Shown in pieces: positions 45,822-55,780 of a DNA stretch of 58,425 nt; within the stretch, counting starts at the first letter, position 1; the number at the start of each line of letters is the position of its first letter. Both the position numbers and the translations under genes were made by a program. The stretch comes from a virus. Taxonomy: Duplodnaviria; Caudoviricetes. The notes beneath the pieces were generated by a model. It worked only from the letters and a program-made list of their open reading frames with translations. It did not search any database and was not told where the DNA came from. The stretch covers positions 1-58,425 of the IMG/VR virus record IMGVR_UViG_3300030376_003371; one strand, 5' to 3'.

Positions 45822-46934
45822 ATGAAACAAATAGTTCACAATGATTATTCTTATTTGGATAAAATAGAATGGTCAGAAAACGTTCAGAATATGGTGGTTA
45901 GTTTCCACCATCTGACAGGAGACAGGATAGGTCAGAGAATTGATATTCCTGTTCAATTTAATCATGGCAAGATTTGGGATGCCTTAATCGAAAACAAAGT
46001 GTTTGTTGACAACGAGGAACTGAAAGCAAAAGTCCTCCACAGAACAGACCAAGCAGTTAAAAACAGAATCGCAAAGAAAGTCACGAACTACAACAATGGG
46101 GTAGATATATATAATGCCCTGACTAAACTTGAGGTAAAGGATAGACGTAAAGATAGATATACTGATGGCAGGTTTGATGGCAAGGTTGAGCCAAGCGAAA
46201 TAATAAAGACAGACTACGAGAATTATCTATCTGATATTAACTTCAGCTTCAAGATTGATTGTGAGTATGATTACGATTACAGGAGGTATGAGGGTAGATA
46301 TACATATAAGAACTCTTATGCTCATGAGTCTGTGACCTCTGAGTATTGTAATATTGAAATAAAATTTAATATTAAAAGTTCATGTGAAGGAACAGGTCTG
46401 TTTTATAAAGTGCCACACTTTACCTTAGACTTTGTTTTCACCAACAAATCGAATCAAGAAGACAAGATTGATTTGATTAGGAGTAGTGCTTTTGATAAGG
46501 TTTGGAAGAACGGAAAGCATCACACTAAAATGACATTTCAAAGCTACTACCTTCGTGACAACTCTCGTTATGTAAACCTAAATACATTTCTTGTTTACGC
46601 AAGAGAGAAATCACAAACCAATAAAGATATGTATAAGCGTGAGATAATGGAGACAACCAACAAAGACAAAGTGCAACAAGAGATTGCTGATAAGTATCCA
46701 AATGCAAATGTGTTTGTGAGAAGCTCCTACAAGAGAGACCTCACCCATCACGATGAATATTGGGGAAGGTATAGTAAGGATTGTATTTGTGTAGAGTTCA
46801 AAGACAAGAGCTATATATTATATTCAATTGCTGATGCTAAAAGAGGAGACCAAGAAATCATTGGGGTGTACGACTCAGAGTATAAAAAACCTGAGCAAGA
46901 GGAGTTAATAGAATTAATAACTAACAGAAACTAA
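45822..46934 (+). CDS. Hypothetical early protein (370 aa)
   Basis: Long ORF; leader TAAACACTACATATATG. Confidence 0.8.
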   Translation: MKQIVHNDYSYLDKIEWSENVQNMVVSFHHLTGDRIGQRIDIPVQFNHGKIWDALIENKVFVDNEELKAKVLHRTDQAVKNRIAKKVTNYNNGVDIYNALTKLEVKDRRKDRYTDGRFDGKVEPSEIIKTDYENYLSDINFSFKIDCEYDYDYRRYEGRYTYKNSYAHESVTSEYCNIEIKFNIKSSCEGTGLFYKVPHFTLDFVFTNKSNQEDKIDLIRSSAFDKVWKNGKHHTKMTFQSYYLRDNSRYVNLNTFLVYAREKSQTNKDMYKREIMETTNKDKVQQEIADKYPNANVFVRSSYKRDLTHHDEYWGRYSKDCICVEFKDKSYILYSIADAKRGDQEIIGVYDSEYKKPEQEELIELITNRN

Positions 46935-46946
46935 ATATATATAATT

Positions 46947-47327
46947 ATGGGAAGATTTTATTACGGAGACATCGAAGGTAAATTTATGTTCGCAGTCCAA
47001 CCAAGTGATGCAGGATGCAGATTTGGTGCAGAAGAAGACGAGCCATACGCAGTAGATTATTCATTAGACAGAGATAGCTATGACCATCTGTGCAAGGAAT
47101 TAAAATCTATTGAAGATTCAGGTGCAGTCAAAAGAGTTAAGCATATGTTTGACTCACTCGAGAAAATAGAAAACAAAAGAAGTTATGGAGATGAGGATTG
47201 TGAGAAATATAAAGTAACCCCATTAGATTTATCGGAGTATGCTGATTGGTTGATGGGAACAAAGATGAAAGAGTTCTTTGACGACAATCCTGACGAAGAC
47301 ATATTAAACTTTAACGCAGAAATATAA
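46947..47327 (+). CDS. Hypothetical protein
   Basis: MGRFYYGDIEGKFMFAVQPSD... Confidence 0.8.
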   Translation: MGRFYYGDIEGKFMFAVQPSDAGCRFGAEEDEPYAVDYSLDRDSYDHLCKELKSIEDSGAVKRVKHMFDSLEKIENKRSYGDEDCEKYKVTPLDLSEYADWLMGTKMKEFFDDNPDEDILNFNAEI

Positions 47328-47332
47328 AAACT

Positions 47333-47590
47333 ATGAAAGCAACTATATTACACAGAAGTGTATACCACAAAACAACTGAAGTAGAAATTGAAATCCCTGA
47401 CTCAGTCGATGAGTTCGAGGTGCAGGAGTACCTCAACGACAACGAACATTTATGGGTCGATAAGATTGATGAACAAATGTCCAAAGCAAAGTACGAGTAT
47501 GGGTTAGGGATGGATAGTGGAGATTGGACAGACAAAGACCAATCATGTGAATGGAGGTATGAAGTAGACGGATGTGGAGGTCACTTATAA
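47333..47590 (+). CDS. Small acidic hypothetical protein
   Basis: 85 aa, ends GCGGHL. Confidence 0.75.
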   Translation: MKATILHRSVYHKTTEVEIEIPDSVDEFEVQEYLNDNEHLWVDKIDEQMSKAKYEYGLGMDSGDWTDKDQSCEWRYEVDGCGGHL

Positions 47591-47665
47591 TAAAAAAAAA
47601 ATACGAAATGATTAGGAATTGTCGAATTAATTTCGTAATATTGTTCAACTTTTTAATAAAACACT

Positions 47666-48061
47666 ATGGCAAATAAAGTATCGGAGTATCAGGGTCTCCG
47701 TCTCAAAACCCTTACAAAAGATGAGTACACTTGGATGGGTGGCACTCACAAAATTTCAGAGATAGTTAATACAACTTATTCAGATTTGGTTGATGCATTT
47801 GGTTTTCCAACCATGCATGGAAGTGGAGACAACAAAGTTCAAATGACTTGGGTTATTGAAGTAGAGTCAGAGGATGGAATTGAAACCATGGAGATATATG
47901 ATTGGAAGACATATGACTTAGACTACACTATTAATTCATTGACTCGTTGGAGTATTGGTGGGAGAAATAATAATAATCCTTTCATCCTTCACGCATTCAT
48001 TGAATCAATAAAAGCAAAGTCTGATTTTGAAACAGAGGAATTTATTACTAATTTATTTTAA
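47666..48061 (+). CDS. Hypothetical protein
   Basis: TYSDLVDAFGFP...DNKVQMTW...IYDWK...WSIGG. Confidence 0.75.
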   Translation: MANKVSEYQGLRLKTLTKDEYTWMGGTHKISEIVNTTYSDLVDAFGFPTMHGSGDNKVQMTWVIEVESEDGIETMEIYDWKTYDLDYTINSLTRWSIGGRNNNNPFILHAFIESIKAKSDFETEEFITNLF

Positions 48062-48066
48062 ATATT

Positions 48067-48405
48067 ATGGCAGACAAGCAACCAACAAAAGCAGAGATTA
48101 GTAATCAAGCGATTACTATTTTAGAACTTGAAGGATATTCTGTTGAGTATCTATGGCACATTGAAGATGTAGTTTTGGAATATCCTTGGGTGACTAAAGA
48201 ACAAGCATTAGAAATATTATCTAATATACTATCAAGCGAATCAATTATAGAGGCAGTTAATGTGGCTATTCAAATAGAGGTTGATAAGAACTTTCCTAAA
48301 CCAAAGCTAAGCTTAGCAGATATGATACTTGATGCAAAGCAGAAAGGTTTAGACAAGCGATACATTCAAGCTCTTCAAAATAAATATAGCGATGAGGAAG
48401 AATAG
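48067..48405 (+). CDS. Hypothetical protein
   Basis: LWHIEDV...TKEQALEIL. Confidence 0.7.
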   Translation: MADKQPTKAEISNQAITILELEGYSVEYLWHIEDVVLEYPWVTKEQALEILSNILSSESIIEAVNVAIQIEVDKNFPKPKLSLADMILDAKQKGLDKRYIQALQNKYSDEEE

Positions 48406-48688
48406 GTTAATTAAAATGCAAGATGGTTTCTGTTGGTGGGATGTAACCGACAACGCTGAAGCTATATATAAAGTAGGAGCTGTTGAACTATATATATTAT
48501 ATGACGATGACTCCGAAAGTTTGATTGAGAACGAAGAAGAATTAATTGAAGCGAAAGCTCTTGGTCTTCGTATTACTATGGAGTTAGGTTACATTCAAAA
48601 GAAACCTGACCTATGGACAAGATGTAAAAGAATATTAAAAGATGGGCATTGGTATGTAAAATTATCCGATGCTGTTAAAACACTATAG
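48392..48688 (+). CDS. Hypothetical protein
   Basis: LYILYDDDSESLI; overlaps upstream gene. Confidence 0.7.
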   Translation: MRKNRLIKMQDGFCWWDVTDNAEAIYKVGAVELYILYDDDSESLIENEEELIEAKALGLRITMELGYIQKKPDLWTRCKRILKDGHWYVKLSDAVKTL

Positions 48689-48690
48689 AC

Positions 48691-48915
48691 ATGGCAAGAA
48701 TAACACATTGGACTATTAAAATTATGTGGGACGATGGCAAGGAAGAGTTCCTTGATGACATCCCAAACTATGTAGCATCCCCTGTTGATGATATGTTAGA
48801 TACATTAGAACAATTAAAAACTGAAATAGAATTAAAAGAAAGGTATGAAGAAAACCGAGGAACTAATAAAAGAAGTAGCGAGGGACGTAGTCCTGTTACT
48901 ACTCGAAAAGAATAA
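48691..48915 (+). CDS. Hypothetical protein
   Basis: 74 aa. Confidence 0.6.
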   Translation: MARITHWTIKIMWDDGKEEFLDDIPNYVASPVDDMLDTLEQLKTEIELKERYEENRGTNKRSSEGRSPVTTRKE

Positions 48916-49132
48916 AGCTTATGGAGATACTGCTAACAATCCACCTCAGATTTTTAGTAAGCTATCACCAAAGGAAGCAATCCTGTCTCGACTTGATGAC
49001 AAGTTGAGCAGAATAAAAAACGTTGGACTGACAGATAAAACAGAGGATACAATTAGTGATATCATTGGGTACCTGATTTTGTATCAAGTTCAAGTGAGGA
49101 AAGAGGAATTAATTAAATCAAATAAGAAATGA
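48845..49132 (+). CDS. DUF1599/Nmad1-like nucleotide-modification-associated protein
   Basis: LLEKNKAYGD...RLDDKLSRI...EDTISDIIGYLIL. Confidence 0.75.
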   Translation: MKKTEELIKEVARDVVLLLLEKNKAYGDTANNPPQIFSKLSPKEAILSRLDDKLSRIKNVGLTDKTEDTISDIIGYLILYQVQVRKEELIKSNKK

Positions 49133-49428
49133 AATTAGATATTTTTAATAGCTATGTTGAGAAAGTATGTAAGCTATATCAAGTAGACGAAAAGGATTTG
49201 TTTACTAAGACAAAGGTGAGGGAGGTTGTCGATGCTCGACATCTACTTTATTATTTGTGTAGGAACAGACCGATGAAGCTCAAGTATATTCAAACATATA
49301 TGTCTGAACGAGGATATGACGTAGGTCATTCAAGCATAAACCATGGAGTCAACATGGTAACTAAGTTTAAAAGAGAAGACGAAGATTATAAAAAATTATT
49401 AGTAGGTTTACAAGAAATTTATGAATAA
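49129..49428 (+). CDS. DnaA C-terminal (domain IV)-like HTH protein
   Basis: DLFTKTKVREVVDARHLLYYLC...HSSINHGV. Confidence 0.7.
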   Translation: MKLDIFNSYVEKVCKLYQVDEKDLFTKTKVREVVDARHLLYYLCRNRPMKLKYIQTYMSERGYDVGHSSINHGVNMVTKFKREDEDYKKLLVGLQEIYE

Positions 49429-49825
49429 TAGAATTAGTTTAAGGGACGTTTGGGTTGAGGCAATGGACGATAGTTATTCATCTGCACTTGATGGTCAAGG
49501 ATATGAAGCTCGTATGGTTTTTGGGATTAAGATTGTTTATGACCTTGAATCACAGCAAGTTAATATATATAACACATCAAAGGGTGGTAACTTCTACACC
49601 GAAGTAAAAAACATAGACCCATTTTTAGAGGGTGGATGGAGATTCGGAGTCTACACTACTGCACTACAAAACTACAGGGAAAAACTTGACAAGGTGGAGG
49701 AAGCAGTAAGACATGAGGTTAATGGAAAGAACAACCCTAAACAAATTACTTCTTTGAAAAACGCAAGGATAAGATTATTAAATAAGTATAATAATATAAG
49801 TGATAAATTAAATAAAATAAAATAA
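49421..49825 (+). CDS. Hypothetical protein
   Basis: 134 aa, coupled to its neighbours. Confidence 0.7.
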   Translation: MNNRISLRDVWVEAMDDSYSSALDGQGYEARMVFGIKIVYDLESQQVNIYNTSKGGNFYTEVKNIDPFLEGGWRFGVYTTALQNYREKLDKVEEAVRHEVNGKNNPKQITSLKNARIRLLNKYNNISDKLNKIK

Positions 49826-49828
49826 ATT

Positions 49829-50356
49829 ATGGCACAATTAAAATCAGTAAACATCAAGGGTAAACAATATGTAGAAGTCAATGAAAGGTTAAGATACTTT
49901 CGTGAGACGTACCCAAACTTTGCACTAACATCAGAGGTGTTAGAGAAAACAGAAAACTCAATACTAATTCTTGCTTCAGTTGTAAATGAAGACGGAAGAG
50001 TTGTAGCTACAGGGATGGCAGAAGAAGAGAAAGGTAGTACCTTTATCAACAAGACATCTTATGTAGAGAACTGCGAAACTTCAGCATGGGGTAGAGCTTT
50101 AGGAAACTTTGGAATAGGTATCGACACTTCAGTTGCATCAGCTAACGAAGTCAACAATGCTATCGCCAATCAGACCAAAGAAACCAAACAAGTTTTAATG
50201 GAACTGAATGATGAGAAGATGGTAGATGTTCTTAAGTATGTAGCAACACACAAATCAAAAGGACTTGAGTGGATTATAAGCAACATCAGTAAGAAGTATA
50301 AAGTAAATACTAAAGTGAAGAATCAAATAAAGAAGACACTACAGGATGCAAAGTAA
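49829..50356 (+). CDS. Putative single-strand annealing protein (Rad52/Sak-like)
   Basis: IKGKQYVEVNERL...ATGMAEE...VENCETSAWGRAL; next to the exonuclease and SSB genes. Confidence 0.6.
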   Translation: MAQLKSVNIKGKQYVEVNERLRYFRETYPNFALTSEVLEKTENSILILASVVNEDGRVVATGMAEEEKGSTFINKTSYVENCETSAWGRALGNFGIGIDTSVASANEVNNAIANQTKETKQVLMELNDEKMVDVLKYVATHKSKGLEWIISNISKKYKVNTKVKNQIKKTLQDAK

Positions 50357-51104
50357 GATAACAAAAAAGGTAATCAATTTATTAAAATCAGATGCAGAAT
50401 ATTACGGAGGGATTGGTAAACAATTCCTCTCTAATTCTGACATAGGAACTTTGCTACGCAACCCTGCTCGATATGGCATACCTCAACCTGACAACAAGGC
50501 ATTCTTAATGGGTAGATATTTTCATTGTAAGATGCTTGAACCTGAAAAGGTTGATGAATATTTAATAGCAGATGCGAGTAGCAGGAACACCAAACTATAC
50601 AAGGAATTTTGTGCAGAGCATATGATTCCCTTCGCTTTACTTAAGTCAGAGCAAGAGGATGTGGATAAGTGGTGTGATGTTATGCTGAGTAACTTTGATT
50701 TCTATGAGTTAATTCAGGACAAAGAGAACAAGTATGAAGAACCAAACGTAAAGAACATCGGTGAATTAAATGGTGGTGCTTTATGGAAAGGTAAAGCAGA
50801 CATCGTTCATAAAGATTATGTGATAGACCTGAAGACAAGTGGAGACATCACTAAATTTAAAAGTTCAATTTATAATTACAATTATGATTCACAAGGTTAT
50901 ATTTATCGGGAGCTATTTGGTAAACCAATTATGTTCCTTGTTATTGACAAGTCTACAAATGTTTTGGGCATGTATGAATTATCTGAAGAGAGTTATGAAA
51001 GAGGTGCGTACAAAGTGGAACAAGCTCTTGAAGTTTACCACAAATACTTTGGCGACAATCGAACAGAAGATATCAAGTCATACTATATTCGGAACACCAT
51101 ATAG
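50346..51104 (+). CDS. PD-(D/E)xK exonuclease (RecE/DUF3799-like)
   Basis: LSNSDI...GRYFH..LEP; WKGKADI...VIDLKTS; YNYDSQGYIY. Confidence 0.85.
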   Translation: MQSKITKKVINLLKSDAEYYGGIGKQFLSNSDIGTLLRNPARYGIPQPDNKAFLMGRYFHCKMLEPEKVDEYLIADASSRNTKLYKEFCAEHMIPFALLKSEQEDVDKWCDVMLSNFDFYELIQDKENKYEEPNVKNIGELNGGALWKGKADIVHKDYVIDLKTSGDITKFKSSIYNYNYDSQGYIYRELFGKPIMFLVIDKSTNVLGMYELSEESYERGAYKVEQALEVYHKYFGDNRTEDIKSYYIRNTI

Positions 51105-51246
51105 ATGGATAGCTAAAACAATAAAAAGAAAAAGGACACATTATGTTATTGAAGTTCCGTTGGAATATGATAGTGTTCTTGACTACGAGAAATGTGTAGT
51201 TCAAACAATGAAATTAATGGAACAAAAATCAATTATTAAATTTTAA
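50995..51246 (+). CDS. Hypothetical protein overlapping the exonuclease 3' end
   Basis: Fills the gap to the SSB gene; start uncertain (ATG 50995 chosen). Confidence 0.45.
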   Translation: MKEVRTKWNKLLKFTTNTLATIEQKISSHTIFGTPYRWIAKTIKRKRTHYVIEVPLEYDSVLDYEKCVVQTMKLMEQKSIIKF

Positions 51247-51250
51247 AATT

Positions 51251-51517
51251 ATGGCACAAGCTGAAGAAAAAATCTTTGCTGACGGATTCTCATTCAAACG
51301 TAGAGATAATGCTCCTGACTTTGTAGTTGGTAGAATTAGTGTGAAAGTAGACGATGCAATTTCATTCATGAAGAAGCATCAAAAAGGTGGATGGGTTAAC
51401 CTCAACTGCAACCAAGCGAAGAGTGGTAACTACTACTTAGAACTTGACACATTTGTTCCCAAGAATACAGAGAACAAAGCACAAGAAGAGAAGGCAGAAG
51501 CAGACCTTCCATTCTAA
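51251..51517 (+). CDS. Putative single-stranded DNA-binding protein
   Basis: Small beta-rich core with an acidic tail ending EADLPF. Confidence 0.65.
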   Translation: MAQAEEKIFADGFSFKRRDNAPDFVVGRISVKVDDAISFMKKHQKGGWVNLNCNQAKSGNYYLELDTFVPKNTENKAQEEKAEADLPF

Positions 51518-51535
51518 TTTAATAACAGGGAAGGG

Positions 51536-51690
51536 TGTTGAGAATGTTAAAAATTCTGTTCATTCTTCCCTATATTAATTATATTTTATTTATTTTTATT
51601 TCCTGTATACGAGGTTAAAAAGTTAACATAGTATGCAACTCATTGATAATCAGACACAAACTTAACATAAACTCAACATAGACTCGACAC
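51536..51690. other. Origin-like element, copy 2, directly upstream of the primase-helicase gene
   Basis: AT-rich tract; TTTTATTTCCTGTATACGAGGTTAAAAAGTTAACATAGT core; IHF consensus at 51636-51648 (-); 11-bp repeats at 51658-51690. Confidence 0.65.
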
Positions 51691-51701
51691 AAACCACTAC
51701 A

Positions 51702-54125
51702 ATGACAACATCTGAACAAAGCATTACGATATTTCAAAACATAAAACAAACTGACACTCCATTCCACAGACCTGTAAAGCATATACTTAAACGAATCAAG
51801 GATGGAGCCACTAAAGAATTAGTAAAACAAATAAGGGCAGAGAAAAGAAAGACCGAAAGGAATGAACTTAAAAAGAATTTACCTGCCATATGTTTCTCAG
51901 GTATATTTAATAAGAGAAACGACAATAGCTTACAAGAACATACAGGAATTATATGTCTTGACTTTGATGGCTATGAAAAAAACAAAGAGCTTTTACAAGA
52001 CAAAGAGAACCTGACCAAAGATAAATATGTTTACTCTGTATTTATTTCTCCATCAGGGTTAGGACTTAAAGTATTAATCAAGATACCAAAGGATGCAGAG
52101 AATCATGTGAACTATTTCAATTCACTTGCCAAGCATTTTGATAACCCAAGGTTTGATGTTACTTGCAAGAACTTATCTCGTGTGTGCTACGAAAGTTATG
52201 ACCCACTAATTTTTGTAAATGAAAACTCAAGTGAGTGGGATAAGATTGAAGAGAAAGTATACGAGGAGAAGCATTCGCTTAGAGACCTGCCAACTTTACC
52301 AATCACAGATGAAAATAAAATAGTGGAGATACTAACTAAGTGGTGGGTAAAAAAATACCCAATGGTTGAAGGTCAAAGAAACAACAACACTTATGTTTTA
52401 GCTTCAGCATTCAATGACTTTGGTATTAATAAATCCTTAGCGAGTTATGTGTTAAGCAACTATCAGACTAAAGGATTTGGACAAAGAGAGATAGCACAAA
52501 CGATAGAGTCTGCATATGCACAGACACAAAACTTTGGGACGAAATACTACGAAGATGACGAAAGAATAAACAATATTAAAATTAAATTACGAAGAGGTGT
52601 TTCTAAAAAAGAAATTAAATCTCAATTACTTGACAGCGAAATAGGAGAGAACGTAATTGAATCAGTATTGCAACGAGTAGATGATGAGAACAAAGAGCAA
52701 AAGTTTTGGACAAAGAGTGACAAGGGAGTAATCAAAGTAGTTCATATCTTATTCAAACAATTCTTAGAAGACAATGGATTCTATAAGTATTGTCCTGAAG
52801 GTAGTAAGAACTATGTCTTTGTAAAGGTTACTAATAATTTGATAGACCACACAGATGAAAAGCAAATAAAAGATTTTGTATTGAATCAACTCATAGACTT
52901 AGATGATTCAAGCATATACAATTACTTTGCTGACAACACAAGATTTTTTAAGGAAGAGTTTCTGTCCTTGCTGTCTACGATAGATATATATTTTATTGAG
53001 GACACAAAGAATACATCATACATTTACTTTAAAAATTGTGCAGTTAAAATAACTAAAGAGAACATAGACATATTGGATTACCTTGACTTAGGTGGATACG
53101 TTTGGAAAGACCATGTCATTGATAGAAAGTTTAATGTGTGTGAGACCAACGATTCAGATTACAAAACATTTATATATAACATATGTAAAAAAGAAGAAGA
53201 CCGAGTTGAGTCTATGGAATCAACGATAGGATTTCTAATGCATGGTCATAAGAACTTAAGCTATTGTCCGGCAGTAATCTTAAACGATGAGGTTATATCA
53301 GACAATCCTGAAGGGGGTACCGGGAAGGGAATATTTATGAATGCTTTAAGTCAAATGAAAAAAGTTGTAACGATTGATGGTAAGTCATTCACATTTGAAC
53401 GTAGCTTTGCATATCAACTTGTATCAGCTGACACACAGATACTTGTGTTTGATGACGTAAAAAAATACTTTGACTTTGAAAGATTATTTAGTGTAGTTAC
53501 TGAGGGTTTAACGTTGGAGAAGAAGAACAAGGATGCTATAAAGATTCCTTTCAGTAAGTCTCCAAAGATAGCTATCACAACTAACTATGCTATCAAAGGT
53601 GCAGGTAATTCTTTTGCTCGTAGAAAATGGGAGCTTGAACTACACCAACATTACAATAAAAACTTCACACCTCTTGATGAGTTTGACAAATTAATGTTTG
53701 GAGATTGGGATGATAATGAGTGGTGCCTGTTTGATAACTATATGATTTGTTGTTTACAAACTTACCTGAATAAAGGATTAGTAAAAAGTAAATTCGTAAA
53801 TTTAAAAATCAGACAACTATCAGCTGAGACTTGTCATGACTTTATCGAATGGTGTGGTGTTATCAACGGAACAATAGCTAATGAAAGATTACAGGTTGAT
53901 ACCAAGATACATCTGCAGGATTGCTACTATGATTTCATTGAAGAGTATCCTGACTATGGACCGAAGGCAAAGCTAACGATAAGTAGGATAAGGTTTAACA
54001 AATGGATGGTATCATATGCTAATTATATTACAGGTGGTGCACCGGAAGAAGGAAGAGATACTCAAGGCAGATGGATGAGGATGAAAAGAAAGGAAGAACT
54101 AAACATACAAACAAAACTTTTATGA
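51702..54125 (+). CDS. Primase-helicase (BT4734/VirE-N-like primase, PriCT, P-loop helicase)
   Basis: LKKNLPAICFSG, IICLDFD, FISPSGLGLKV, SRVCYESYDP; EGQRNN; Walker A GGTGKG; LVFDDV; ITTNY. Confidence 0.88.
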   Translation: MTTSEQSITIFQNIKQTDTPFHRPVKHILKRIKDGATKELVKQIRAEKRKTERNELKKNLPAICFSGIFNKRNDNSLQEHTGIICLDFDGYEKNKELLQDKENLTKDKYVYSVFISPSGLGLKVLIKIPKDAENHVNYFNSLAKHFDNPRFDVTCKNLSRVCYESYDPLIFVNENSSEWDKIEEKVYEEKHSLRDLPTLPITDENKIVEILTKWWVKKYPMVEGQRNNNTYVLASAFNDFGINKSLASYVLSNYQTKGFGQREIAQTIESAYAQTQNFGTKYYEDDERINNIKIKLRRGVSKKEIKSQLLDSEIGENVIESVLQRVDDENKEQKFWTKSDKGVIKVVHILFKQFLEDNGFYKYCPEGSKNYVFVKVTNNLIDHTDEKQIKDFVLNQLIDLDDSSIYNYFADNTRFFKEEFLSLLSTIDIYFIEDTKNTSYIYFKNCAVKITKENIDILDYLDLGGYVWKDHVIDRKFNVCETNDSDYKTFIYNICKKEEDRVESMESTIGFLMHGHKNLSYCPAVILNDEVISDNPEGGTGKGIFMNALSQMKKVVTIDGKSFTFERSFAYQLVSADTQILVFDDVKKYFDFERLFSVVTEGLTLEKKNKDAIKIPFSKSPKIAITTNYAIKGAGNSFARRKWELELHQHYNKNFTPLDEFDKLMFGDWDDNEWCLFDNYMICCLQTYLNKGLVKSKFVNLKIRQLSAETCHDFIEWCGVINGTIANERLQVDTKIHLQDCYYDFIEEYPDYGPKAKLTISRIRFNKWMVSYANYITGGAPEEGRDTQGRWMRMKRKEELNIQTKLL

Positions 54126-54355
54126 GCAACATCGAAGAATATTTAGATACTGCATTTAGAAATTCATATGATGTTATCATAAATGACAAGTCAGCTAAAG
54201 ACTTTATTACCTCAGAAGATGGATACTTTATTCACCACCCTGCTGAACCGGTAACAAAAGATATACTTGAAGATATGAGAATATACTTTAGCGAGAACGA
54301 AGAGTATGAGAAGTGTGTAAAAATACTTAAGTATATATCAGATGAATATAATTAA
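54122..54355 (+). CDS. Hypothetical protein with a UvrB/C-like EEYEKC helix motif
   Basis: YFSENEEYEKCVKI; ATGA overlap at 54122. Confidence 0.65.
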   Translation: MSNIEEYLDTAFRNSYDVIINDKSAKDFITSEDGYFIHHPAEPVTKDILEDMRIYFSENEEYEKCVKILKYISDEYN

Positions 54356-54587
54356 GTACGAACAATACGGATACTCAGATGAGCAAACACTTAAACAAGT
54401 TAGAATACTTGAGCATGTGATGTTTCAAACGAAGGAAGTAAAAAAAGGAAGAGGAAGAAAAGCAATTGTAACACATGAGTATGTGTACAATACAGAAGAA
54501 GACGATGAAGTGAGAGACAAAATAACAAACACAATAAAACACTATGAAGCTAAGTTGGAGAACCTATCAAAAAAGGATAATAAATAA
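54342..54587 (+). CDS. Hypothetical protein
   Basis: 81 aa, overlaps both neighbours. Confidence 0.65.
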   Translation: MNIIKYEQYGYSDEQTLKQVRILEHVMFQTKEVKKGRGRKAIVTHEYVYNTEEDDEVRDKITNTIKHYEAKLENLSKKDNK

Positions 54588-55779
54588 TGCAAGAGAAGTA
54601 ATACATAAGTATCGTTTCGTTTATCTTGCAATGGAAGTTAGGACAGGCAAAACACTAACAGCATTGGGCATAGCTCAAGCATGTGGATTTAGAAATGTTG
54701 TATTCTTAACTAAAAAGAAAGCGATATCATCTATCGTTGCTGACTATCAGTTATTGAATCCAAACTTTAAATGTGAAGTAATAAACTATGAGTCCATGCA
54801 TAAGCTCATGGTAACTAGGTGTGACTACTTAGTATTGGATGAGGCTCATGGACTAGGAGCTTTTCCTAAGCCAAGTAACAGAGCTAAGAACGTAAAAGAT
54901 TTTATTAAGAAACACGATTGTAGTGTGTGTTTATTGTCAGGTACACCAACACCTGAGAGTTACAGTCAAATGTATCATCAGGTGTTTGGTATACCATCTA
55001 ATCCTTTCAATCATTTCAAAAACTTTTATGCCTTCGCTAAGGATTATATTAAAGTTACAAGGAAAAAAATAAACTCAATGTACATCAATGACTATAGTGG
55101 AGGTAAGCCAAGCATACTTAGAACCATGCAACCCTATACCATTAGCTATACACAAAAGGAAGCAGGGTTTAAAGTTGAAACAACTGAAAGAATATTGGAA
55201 GTAGAAATGAAACAAACCACCTATGATATAGCAAAGAGATTAAAAAGAAACAGAGTTGTTGAGGGTAATGAAGAATTAATATTAGGTGATACACCGGCAA
55301 AGCTTATGAATAAACTACATCAGCTTTACTCCGGCACAATTATATTTGAATCTAACAAGGCTACCATTCTTGATTATAGTAAGGCAGAATATATAAAGCG
55401 AGTGTTTAAGGGTCAGAAGATAGGTATCTTTTATAAGTTTAGACAAGAGCTAAAAGCTATTCAAGAAATATTTGGTGACGAGATAACCACAGACCTTGAG
55501 AAGTTTAATACCACAAATAAATCTATTGCTCTTCAGATTGTAAGTGGAAGAGAAGGTATTAGTTTACGTCAAGCTGATGCCCTTGTATATTACAATATAG
55601 ATTTTTCAGCCACAAGTTATTGGCAATCAAGAGACAGGATGACAACCAAAGAAAGATTAAAGAATGATGTCTATTGGATATTTTCAAAAGACGGAATTGA
55701 AAATGATATATATAAAGCAGTAATAAAGAAGAAGGATTATACGGTTAATCACTTCAAGAAGGATTTGTTATCTTTGTAA
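54544..55779 (+). CDS. SNF2-family helicase
   Basis: MEVRTGKT, INYESM, LVLDEAH, LLSGTPTPE, SGREGISL, YWQSRDR. Confidence 0.88.
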   Translation: MKLSWRTYQKRIINNAREVIHKYRFVYLAMEVRTGKTLTALGIAQACGFRNVVFLTKKKAISSIVADYQLLNPNFKCEVINYESMHKLMVTRCDYLVLDEAHGLGAFPKPSNRAKNVKDFIKKHDCSVCLLSGTPTPESYSQMYHQVFGIPSNPFNHFKNFYAFAKDYIKVTRKKINSMYINDYSGGKPSILRTMQPYTISYTQKEAGFKVETTERILEVEMKQTTYDIAKRLKRNRVVEGNEELILGDTPAKLMNKLHQLYSGTIIFESNKATILDYSKAEYIKRVFKGQKIGIFYKFRQELKAIQEIFGDEITTDLEKFNTTNKSIALQIVSGREGISLRQADALVYYNIDFSATSYWQSRDRMTTKERLKNDVYWIFSKDGIENDIYKAVIKKKDYTVNHFKKDLLSL

Positions 55780-55780
55780 T

